A stretch of 64,000 bases of DNA from Eledone cirrhosa (taxonomy: Eukaryota): contig OZ024756.1 in assembly GCA_964016885.1 (NCBI GenBank), positions 24,490,001 to 24,554,000 on the forward strand, written 5' to 3'. Shown here in pieces: positions 26,830 through 37,869 of this stretch; positions within the stretch are counted from its first letter, which is position 1; every line of letters begins with the position of its first letter. The position numbers and the translations under genes are program-made. The notes below the pieces were generated by a model. That model saw only the letters and a list, made by a program, of their open reading frames with translations. It searched no databases and was not told the origin of the DNA.

Positions 26830-28400
26830 GAAAGCCGAAATTATCATTCCCGATTGCCATTGCTTAGGTACCTTTCCAGAGTTCCTGGTTACCCAGCACA
26901 CACGAGTCAGCCAGAGAATACCTTCTCTATTTAAGGCTTTTAACATCTCGGGCCGGATTTCATCTTTCTCAGCGGCCTTGTCACATTTGAGCTCTTTAAC
27001 TGCTCTTGTGATCTCAGCCTCTGAGAGATTAGTCACCGCTCCCAGATGCACCTCGTGTACATCAGAAGATGCTGTTGTGATTGGGTTTAGCAAATCAGCT
27101 AAGTATTCTCTCCACCTCGCGAGGATGCACCTCTTTGAAGAGAGGATAACCTCCAGATGAATTCTTGATAGCAGGTGTGGAGGAGGGCTTCTTATTTCGA
27201 AATCGGTGGATCGTCTGCCAGAACACTTTATTTGCTGATCTGAAGTCGGGTTCCAGCTTAATTCCAAAGTCCTCCTATGTCTCCTAACTTTGGATGCCTT
27301 TACTGTCTCTGCTGCGAATTTTAGTGCCTGCTTGTACCGCACGTGCAAGAAGGGGGGATATTTCCAAGCCAAGCTTTGTATGCCTCCTTCTTTGATCGGA
27401 TGGCATCACTGACCTCTTGATTGAACCAAGGGATCCTGCTGCCACCCGGCGTCACATCAAGCCTCTTTCGCCCGCAACATTTAACAGCTGAGCTGAACAA
27501 TCTCCACTCTGTCTCAACGTCCGCAGGGAGTTCTATGAATTTGGATGCAATAGTTTCTGCACACCTAGTCCTGATTTCCTTATCCACCTGTTTCCCACTT
27601 TATCCTGTAAGTCACCCTGGACCTTCCAAGTTTAGGTAGTCTCAAGTTGCAGATAAATAGGTGATCAGTTGACAGCTCAGCCCCTCTTTTAACACGAACA
27701 TCCAGCACAGAATCGAAGAGATCAGAGACAATAACAAAATCAAATATTGATCTCTGTCCCTAATTCCCCTTATACCATGTTTATTTGTGGATGTTTCTGT
27801 GCTGGAGGTATTCATAATAGAGTCCATTGCCAGAACAGAAGTCTAATAAGGCTTCTCCATTCGTATTTAGATCGGGGTCGCCATTCCTTCCAATAATTCA
27901 TTTTTATGTCAGATGGCCAGTGCCAACATGTGCAATGAAGTCTCCATCAGGATATATGACTCAGTCCTAACTATAGCTAACGCTGCAGTGACTTCATCAA
28001 GGAAGGACCTGTATTCGGACTCCTTGGCTGGTGCATAAACATGCACCACCCACAGAGACCTATGTCTCAGACTAAGCTCCAAGAGGCAAATCCTCCCTCC
28101 TAATGGGATCCAGTCCATAACACATTTTGAGAGCCGGGGGTTTCTGAGTATCCCCACTTCCACCCTCCATCCAAATGTACAGTATCAGAGCCACGGAACT
28201 CAGTTGACAGATCGCAGGCCCATCGCCAGTTTTTGTGGTATGAAATGGAGACGGCAATATATCTTTCGAACAGGCCCCTCTACCTAAGGCTTGAACGCGT
28301 CTCTTGTTAAACCGCGCGAAAGACGATGCTGTACGGTTCTTTTTTGTTTTCCTCACCATATTGCAGTTGCAGTTTCGGTGGGCTTATTCACGCCAGTCAC
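26830..28400 (-). mobile_element. Decayed RTE-clade (Rex3/Expander-like) LINE fragment: APE endonuclease, linker and pre-RT region
   Basis: Broken frames encode VVHVYAP..EYRSFLDEV (APE), IPWFNQEVSDAIRSKKEAYKAWL, RWREYLADLLN and KAAEKDEIRPEMLKALNREGILWLTRVC...GKVPKQWQSG. Frameshifted, and ends before the RT core. Boundaries approximate. Confidence 0.88.
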
Positions 28401-28791
28401 TAATCCATTACTTTGTCAAACCCGCGAAGACTAGACTTTTTTAGAGGCTGCCTTTACTCGCCCCGTCATAGCTACGTCTCTGGGTTGTGATGGGAGCTAT
28501 AGGTGTCACCCATTGCGCCATCTCCTCTAGTATTTTACCGCTGTCGGTCCGGAGTCACTTATTCGTTCGGCAGTTGCCCGCTTATATCACAACTAACCAT
28601 CATATTTGGTGGCCGTATCGCTATACACCACCTGCAACCCGTTCTGCCGGGACCAAAGGGAGATAACCTGCAAACATTTAAAAAAAAAAAGAGTTGCCTT
28701 CAGAAAACAAATTTATTTATGTACAGATATTATGTAATTTGAGTATTATTGTAGAACACCCCATTCGATTTCAGACGGAAAACATTTTTTT

Positions 28792-29382
28792 ATCCACCAA
28801 CCTAACTTCCAAGATGCTGGTAATCAATTTTTTCCCCCGGAGACGGATGTGGTGGGGTGCACTCGCACTCGCCCTCTACGATTTTTTCTTCGCGTTTTAT
28901 CAACGAATAAGGCCCCCAAACCAGTCGGAATCGACTAGATTTGTAGAAAAAAGGGGTGTGAAAGGGGGCGAAAAGACCATCGGAGCTTCGTAGATCGACA
29001 CACTTCTTATGTTTGGTTGGAAATAATTATCTTTCCTCGTTTTTTACAGGACCTCTTAGATGCTTGCAATAGACTCACAGATTAAGGTTAGGATTTCCGT
29101 TTCCAGGAAAAAAAAAAAGTCGATTGCAAGCATCTAAGAGATCCAGAAAAAAACAAGGAAAGATAATTATTTCACTCCAAATGCGAGATGTGTGTATATC
29201 TGTGAAACTCCGATGATCTTTTCGCGCTTCCTTTTCTATAAGTCTAGTCGTTTCCGATAACAAAAAACAAAACAAAAAAAAAACAAAAAATGGAGATAAA
29301 ACTCCGAGGGAACACTCCATCACCTTCGTTCTCCGGGAAAAAAAAGTTGATTGCCAACATCTTGGAGGTTAGATTAGTTGAT
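28792..29382. repeat. Long imperfect inverted repeat (foldback/MITE-like), arms about 270-285 bp, loop about 40 bp
   Basis: CTCTTAGATGCTTGCAATAGACT pairs with AGTCGATTGCAAGCATCTAAGAG; GAAATAATTATCTTTCCT with AGGAAAGATAATTATTTC; CTAACTTCCAAGATGCTGG with CCAACATCTTGGAGGTTAG. Confidence 0.85.
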
Positions 29383-31579
29383 AGCACACGAAAAAAAAAA
29401 AAAGATTTTTTTCTATTGAAATACTGAGGGGAGTTTTACCTTATTTTGGATCGAAGATACAATGTCAGAGTTATCGATCAGTCTCATATCAGTGACGATT
29501 CATCGAACTGTATTGGTTATATGAAATAGTGCGCGCACCCCCAATTCCAACATATTTATGTGTGTTTAGTGCTGTATATAAACAAGTAATTTATGGTTCG
29601 TACACACGCAATAAAATTTCGTGTGTGCAAATCATCTCATGTATAAAGTTCAGATCAACCTAGAGCCAGCAGATCTATGATTAAAGGTATTCCAGTTATG
29701 ACTACCCACTCTTTTTATTTCAAACATAATATAAGTACGATGTTATTAAACGCATTCTGTCATTTTAAAAATTATAACAAAATAATAACAGGTAGATTGT
29801 AATTTAGGAGAGATGTGGCTGCTGTTTCTAGCAATTAGGTCAATTGACCACGTAGAGGGCTCCCTTAGAGCGGGATATAAACACACAAAGACGTATTCCC
29901 CCTCTTCCTTCCGTTTCTCGCATGTGCGCGTATTGTTTATAAAACAACGTAAATACAGTTACAGTAATCAGTAATAATTAATGAAAACATTCACAATTTA
30001 TCTGAAAAATAAATTAATTAAAATAAAAAACATCGAAACTAAATTGGATTGATTATTTTATATCAGGTTTTCGTTTTGACTAAACATTTGATCAACAAAG
30101 AGTTAATGCGATGAAGTCACACTTGCTATTTATTTCACACAGCGCCTCTCCGCCTATTGGTTACCTACAATATATATAAATATATACGTGCATATATTAA
30201 GATATATATATCTACACACACACACACATATATATTAAAAGCTACTGCAACTGCCACAACGATGAACAAAGGAGAGAAAAAGCAAGGTCGTATATATATA
30301 TATAAATATATCTGTGTATGTGTGCGCGTATATATGACATTATATATATATACATATATATAGTGAGTTTGAGTAAATATATATACATATATATATAGAA
30401 AGGGATAGTTTTATATAAATATACGTGTATCAAAATGGATGTTTAAAAATCATAGTACTTAAAACATCTAAACATTAACAGAATGAGTACTCAATAAGTA
30501 GAGTATATATTTTATTTTCTGGGTATATATGAAAGAGGGAGAGATGATATAGAGGGAAATATATATATAAAATTGTAGTGAGAGTCACGAGTATGAAGCA
30601 GATTCAGTGATAACGATCTATGATAATGTCAGGAAACTGGAATAGACAATAATAATAATAATAAAGATATCTATATAAGCCAAAAGAGCCCAGTATGACT
30701 TCATTGCTATAACTAGATAATGATCATGGTTAAAATAAAAAATTAAAATAATAATCGAAGAAAAATAAATTTCATTGTGGAAAAATATGTTTATGATGAG
30801 AGAAATAGAAATTTGTAATAATGATCTTATATAGAATTACAGGAAATTTATACATAAAAAAAAATTGGCAATTTTCCCAGTAATATAATTTTGGTGGGCT
30901 GAATTGTTTGTATTTTTAGTAAATGAACATCTAAAAAAACGTCATTCTGTTGCTAGAGTTACAAGTAAAAACGAAGGATGGTTGAATGTATAAAATAGGG
31001 AAGAGAAAATACTTATTTTTTCTATTTGAGAGGAAAAATAGGTTTTGTAGATCGAAACTCTGATAACATTCAGCCATTTTCGATCGTGCTCTGCACAGTT
31101 TCTATAAAACATGAAATGGCTACCAAAGATAATTGAAACTTTGGCACGAAGCGAAAGTTCCAGTTATAAGTATTAATGTCTCTTTAAAGTTTAATTGTAT
31201 TGAAATATTATCGTTTAAATTGTTTCTTTTTTCAATTTAATTAATTCATCAATAGAAATTTTAGATAAAAAAAGGTTTTTATAATTCTTATATATTTTTG
31301 CTATGCTATGCGTTATGTTTCGTCATATTTCCGGTCCGGGTTTTATAGAAACCGTTGTTGGCTTACCCGGCTACTATTCACCTTTTTTTCCTCGGAATGT
31401 AAGTTTAATGTCAGGCAGCAATTTTTGTGCTGTGATGTTTCCCAATGTTTTTTTTACCAACTACATTCATTTGAAAGACTTCACCCCAAGACCCGCATTC
31501 CAGTTTTAATGATTTACGTGTAAAGTCTTTATTGTCAACATCGAACAGTGAAATAATAAGAAACAAGTGACGTGAAGTG

Positions 31580-33539
31580 ATGTCTGAATGCAACTATAGC
31601 GATATGTCGAAAGGACAAACTAGTAGTGGTGGTGGTGGTGGTGGTGGTGGTGCTAGTAGTAGTGGTGGTGGTAGTACTACTGGAACAGCAACACAGATTT
31701 GTTTCAGAATTGATTCAGGACGTGATTTTACTCTGGATTTTCAGCCTCACCAGACTCTTTGCGACATCCTTAGTCGAACTATCTACGACAGTAAGAACTT
31801 CTGTGTTACCCACAACGGTAAAGTTCTTTTATGGTATTTCCCACTTTCAGAACAAAACATAAAGCCTACCGCAGACAACAACTACATCGAATGTAAAATA
31901 CATGCTAAAACTACGAAACCTCGGAGAGTCTGCGACCGAACTGACCTCAGTAACTTCGAAAGCCTCTATGACAGCGATCCGGATGTTTTTCTAAATTCTT
32001 CAAACGGATGTTTAGACTGTAACACCACTTCCGAGATTTTTTGTGATGGCAACAACTACAGTTATGGCTGCTATTCCGATCACCAGATCAGCAACTGTCG
32101 GATCGATAGACAATCTCGATCGTTTACAGTTGGCGATGATAGAAAGAATGAGAAACGAATGAAAAAGCGGGAATACCAGAGAAGACGTTATGCCAATATG
32201 TCACTGGCAGATAAACAGATGCGACTGGAACAGATGAAAGCTTATGAACGGGCAAAACGTGCGAGAGAAACTTTAGCGGAGAGAGAAGCTCGCCTCATGA
32301 GGTTAAGAATCAATCAACACAGACGGATTGATATCGAATCTGAGCCTGATCGATTAAGGCGATTGCAGAGACTACAAAAGAACCAACGACATCGAATACT
32401 TACCGAAGACCCAGATGGTCGGCACAAAAGACTGATACGAATGAGAGAAAATGCCCGAATGCGCGTCGAAAGAAGAAAGGCAATTGCACAGATATTGGGA
32501 AGTTGTAAGAGAGGACGGAAAAAAACAACGACGGCCGAATTATTGATGAGGCAAGCCAGCGACAATTTATCTTTCATGAGATTGAACTCCAAAAACAATA
32601 ATAATATCTCGGGCCGTAATCAAGGATTTTCATCTACGGAGCAAGGACAGAAAAATCCGAATGAAAGACAAGATGATTTTAGTTATTTAAGCCAGAATGA
32701 TAAAAATGTGTGCAATACCCAGGACGGTAACAGACAAGGTGGAGCGTTGTATTTGGATTCAAGTCATAAAAATTCCAACGGAGAATTTGCTTATATGAAA
32801 GAGAATAATGGTCAATGCCAGAATAGGATTAAGACTGGGATGGAACGTGGATCGGCTGGTGGGGCTGTTTTACCGTGTATGGAGTCAAATATGAACAAGG
32901 GCGGCCTCAACAAAGAGGGTCTGACAGATAAAACAGATGCCGCTGGCATATTTTCTCACCTGCATTCTAACCAAAACAAGGATATTGCTGCTAAAGAAAT
33001 GGGCTTTGACTGTCTGACATCACCACAAAATTCTATCAACGAAGAGAATGGCAAAACGGTAGCGAACGAAAGAGATGCTGGATTTTCTTATATTAGTGCA
33101 GCCCAAGGTTTGGGTCTTTCCGACAGAGACGGGGCCTTTCCTTATCTCAAGCCTAACTATAAGCCAACCCAGGTTGACTGTGTACGTACTGAGATAATGA
33201 CACCTCGAAGTGAAGATCTACTGAACTTGGATGCTATTCAAAGTTCACTTGATCAGTCGGGCAAAGGAACGGCTAAGGGTGGTCACAACGACCCCGGAAA
33301 CAACAGCAACAACAACCTGACATTACTGGACATTGGTGGTCAACAAAAAACTGGCAATTCCTCTTGTTCGTTTGCTTCGTCGAAGGTAGTGAAACGGAAG
33401 AAGAAAAAATCGACATTTAATCAGGGTGAAGTAGGGGGTGATTTTGGTGCGCTTGGACAATTGGACGAATTAGGGGCACTCGACAAGAAAAACATTGATT
33501 GCATGTTAGGGTCTCCATTTTCACCGATCATTTCTCAAG
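31580..33539 (+). CDS. Uncharacterised STPR-repeat protein, coding exon 1 (ubiquitin-like domain + 4 STPR repeats + NLS-like patch)
   Basis: 653-codon open frame with non-repetitive coding-like composition. ATG at 31580; donor CAAG|GTAAGT, phase 1. Four exact 23-aa repeats at 32198-32473. Read-through of the donor would stop at 33553. Confidence 0.88.
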
Positions 33540-33752
33540 GTAAGTCTAAATAATAATAAAATTAATGCAATTATATATATATATATATATATACATATAG
33601 TCCAACCCATGCGAGCTTGGGAAAACGGATGTAAAAACGACAATGATAAATGTATATATATTTTGATAATAATATATTGTTTAATAAACACCATACACAA
33701 CACATTTCCTTATTGTTTACATTGAGTATGTAATAAACACGGATGCCTATAC

Positions 33753-33791
<39 letters not shown>

Positions 33792-34093
33792 CAAAACCAT
33801 ATATATATATATGGATGTATATATATACATACACACCCCCATCTATGTATGCATGTGTGTGAGGTATACATATATCAGACATTTTGAATATGTGATTATA
33901 AATATATAAATATATATATATGTCTGTGTTCGTGTGTATTGTTTAGTAAACACCATACATAACACATTTCCTTATTGTTTACATGCATGCCCAAATATAT
34001 ATAGATGTGTATGTGTAGTATATATATATATATATATATATATCGGACATTTTGAAAATGTATAACAAGTAATTTAATATGTGTGTGTATATA

Positions 34094-34163
<70 letters not shown>

Positions 34164-34640
34164 TCATAGATTGAGTTAGAAACTCAAAAGAGTCTTTTAC
34201 AATTAAATAGCTCAAGGAAGGGAATCTTTCCGAGCCGTGTAATACAAATGAATATATGAGAGAGATGAACATCTATACAAGTATACATGATTTATTATTT
34301 TAAATCGAGACAGGCAAACCATATTGTTTTAAATGAGTATTTTTTCAACCTAGCTAACTTGGTCATTTACAATTCGAACACATGTATACTTGTATAGGTG
34401 TTCATTCCTCTCATATATACACATATAGATAGTTAAGCATTTCTATTTGAAAGTTTCATTCTTCTGATGAATGTGATTCTACTGAAATTTTTTTTCGTAA
34501 TCACACCCTGCTAGATTTAACATGGAATTGTCAGTTATTTATCTACCATGGTACTGTCACACTATAAACAACATATTGAAACGTGTATATATGTGTGTAT
34601 ATATTTATATATATTGTGTCTGTGTATGTATGTGTATATG

Positions 34641-34679
<39 letters not shown>

Positions 34680-34979
34680 ATGTAGTGGTAAGAAAGAGCT
34701 GGACAGAAAGGTCTTCAGAGACGAAAGCCCCTCCCCCTCAAGCACATGTTTTGACCCTTAACTTCACACACATATACGAAACTATGCATGTATATATACA
34801 TACATATATTCATGTATATATATGAAGTCTGCGTAAGTTGTGATCTGTTCGACCTATGAACAGATGTAGTGGGATCCCAGGCGAGTTAACAGTGACGAGA
34901 TATTGTGTATGTGTCAGATTTACAAGGGTTAATAGTAAGAACACCAGTGAAATAAACTCTTTCCATTCTTGTGAAGGCT

Positions 34980-35690
34980 TTGTAGTAGTTGATAGCTTCT
35001 GTTACCCAGGTGATCCAATTAGCAATGGAAGAAGTTGCTCTGAATGTATTGTAGCCAGAATAAGAATAATATGGAAATAAGTTAAGGGAACTACTATCTC
35101 TGCTGGCAACAAAGGAATTTTGTCATTCCAAGCAAAAGGTAGATTGTATGATGCTTCATATGAAGTGCAGTGTTGCCTGACAATGAGATATGGACAACGA
35201 ATGCAGAAGATATGCAAAAGTTAAAATAAATGAGACTGGCATGTTCTGTTTTATGTGTAATGTTAATGTCCATGAAAGATGATGCAAGGATGATGATTGT
35301 TGGATGAAGGAATGCCAGGACTTCTGTCTATGCAGAACATAAATAAACATCACCATGTTGAATGTGAAGAGAAACGAAGGCTGGCTGTATGATGCCTGTG
35401 TGTGGTATGTGATTTACAATTAACATGGTATTGAGACAAGGCCATTGAATGCAGTGTGTATGCAAATGCTGGAAAGAAATGAAGTGAGCATGCTTCAACG
35501 GATGTGTAATGTTAATATGTGAGAATGATGAAGCATAGATGAACTAAAAGAAAAACTGTGTATAAGAGGAATCAGAATGCAGTGTGAAAGAGAGAAGACT
35601 GCTGGTATGGATGTTGATAGCTAGGTGAAGAAGTGACAAGGAAGATCTGGACAGCGGTAGTGGAGACTGATCTCAAATCCTCAGTGCTTT
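34980..35690 (+). mobile_element. Degenerate RTE-type LINE 3' region
   Basis: VVDSFCYPGDPISNGRSCSECIVARIRIIWK; homologous to 17560-18132, with a partial internal duplication. Confidence 0.7.
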
Positions 35691-36285
35691 GTAAAAAATC
35701 CAAGAGATCAGCTATGTATACACAATGTTTGTTGACATTTAAAAGCTGTGATTCAGCTATCTAATTTAAGACGGTAAGAGTTGTCACAGTCCCTTGGCTG
35801 GATGGTTTAAAGCACCTATCCTGTATCTGCGAGATATAGGGTTCAATTCCTCATAACAGCCAGTGGCAACTTTTTCCATCTTGAAGGGTCTTCACCCTAT
35901 TTTATAGTATCGCCATGCATGAGCACATCATTTTTTTATGTATATAGTTGAACTAATGCCAAAACATCCATTGAGGAGAAAAGAAACTAGACAAACTGAT
36001 ATTAGTAAGCTTCGCTCATATCTTCTCCCTGACTGCAGTTTCTGGAATTAGGAAACAATATTAATTATTCCAATAAATTAAGACAACCAGTATTGGAAGA
36101 AATTCTTTGATTGGAAGGATTCTTTGGGTATAGATAAAAATGTTCAATAGTGTATGAACCTTGTCATTATCAAACAATGTGGTGCATTGAATAACTCATG
36201 GATCATTTAACTACCAGATGAATTTGTGAATATCAGGATAATATTACAGGATCAGTGTGTATGTGTGTATAAAGTAAAAAAGACC

Positions 36286-36615
36286 CCCTTCAGTCATGAA
36301 TGACCATAGGATTTGCACCTAGAAAGTTCCCCTCCGAGGCACAAGTCCAGGCAAGGTTGTTTTTTTGTGGAAGACCCAGCAGTTGCCCATGCATACCAGT
36401 CTCCCCTCTCCACGTCACCGATGTTGTCCTAGGAAAAGGCAATGGCTGATACAGCTTGGCATCAGTGATGTTGCAACTCATTTCTACAGCTTAGTGAACT
36501 GGAGCAATGTGAAATAAAGTGTCTTGCTCAAGAAGGCAATGCAAAGCCCGGTCCGAGAATCGAATGCACAACCTCACAATTGTAAGCCCGATACTCTAAC
36601 CACTAAGCCATGCAC
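36286..36615 (-). mobile_element. Second tRNA-derived SINE family copy
   Basis: Minus strand starts GCATGGCTTAGTGGTTAGAG...CATTCGATTC...CTTGAGCAAGACACTTTATTTCACATTGCTCCAG; same family as 50052 and 51395. Confidence 0.75.
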
Positions 36616-36778
36616 GTGTCTGCTTCCCTACTTACTAAAACTTTAGTCTGCTAAGTTTTCTTTGAGGCTTCTCTTTTCTAGGATTTTCTTCAATGCCAGG
36701 AATTTCTTTTCTAAACCTTGTACAGATTCAGTTATAAGAACTACTCAAATATCATTTCAAGCAGGTGGTGGGTGAGAG

Positions 36779-37500
36779 TGGCACAGGACCTAGATAGCAC
36801 ATGAAAACAGGGATGGTGGCACAGGACCTAGATAGCACATGAAAACAGGGATGGTGGCACAGGACCTAGATACCACATGAAAACAGGGATGGAGACACAG
36901 GACCTAGATAGCACATGAAAACAGGGATGGTGGCACAGGACCTAGATAGCACATGAAAACAGGGGTGGTGGCACAGGACCTAGATAGCACATGAAAACAG
37001 GGATGGTGGCACAGGACCTAGATAGCACATGAAAACAGGGGTGGGGACACAGGACCTAGATAGCACATGAAAACAGTTGGTGACACTGGCACAGATGACA
37101 TAGATAGCATGTGGAAACAAAGGGAGTGATACTATGTCACACAGGACCTAAGTAGCATGTGGAAACAAGGGGAGTGATACTATGTCACACAGGACCTAAG
37201 TAGCATGTGGAAACAAGGGATTGACACTATGGCACACAAGACATAGGTAGCGCATAGAAATAGGGGTGGGGTGCAACATGGTTTACAGGACCCAGATACC
37301 ACATAGAAACAGGGGGTGCAACACTGACATACAGGACCTTGATAGCACATAGAAACAGGTGTGTAATACTGTGGTACACAAGACCTAGATAGCATTTGGA
37401 AACAAGGGGGTGTTATACAATGGCACACAGGACCCAGGTAGCACAAGAAAACAGGGGGAGTGAAACTATGGCACACGGGACCCAGGTAGAACATTGAAAC
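36779..37500. repeat. 38-bp minisatellite grading into diverged ~43-45-bp units
   Basis: Unit GGCACAGGACCTAGATAGCACATGAAAACAGGGATGGT. Confidence 0.92.
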
Positions 37501-37503
37501 AAG

Positions 37504-37731
37504 TTAACCCTTTATCATTTAAACCAGCCATATCCGGCTAGAATTCTCTCACCTCTTCCTGTTCAAACCGGCCATAACTGGCCACTCATACTGATGTTAA
37601 GATTGTGTTCTCAAAATAAATAATATCAAAATCTTTTTATTCGATATTATGTGAGATAATTATGTGAAATAAAGCCTTTACCATGAAAATATAATAGTAA
37701 ATATCGAGTAATGCAAATGCTAAAGGGTTAA
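37504..37731. mobile_element. piggyBac-type MITE copy (opposite orientation)
   Basis: TTAACCCTTTATCATTT ... AAATGCTAAAGGGTTAA. Confidence 0.8.
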
Positions 37732-37869
37732 TGGCATGTGGGAGATAGAGTTTTATTATTTTTTTAAAATATGCATCTTTAATTTCTCAGCTGTCACCCC
37801 AGAAGGGGATATATGATGTGTTCAGTTGTACACTGCTTAAAAAAGCAATGTTTGTTTAGCAACAGTTTA

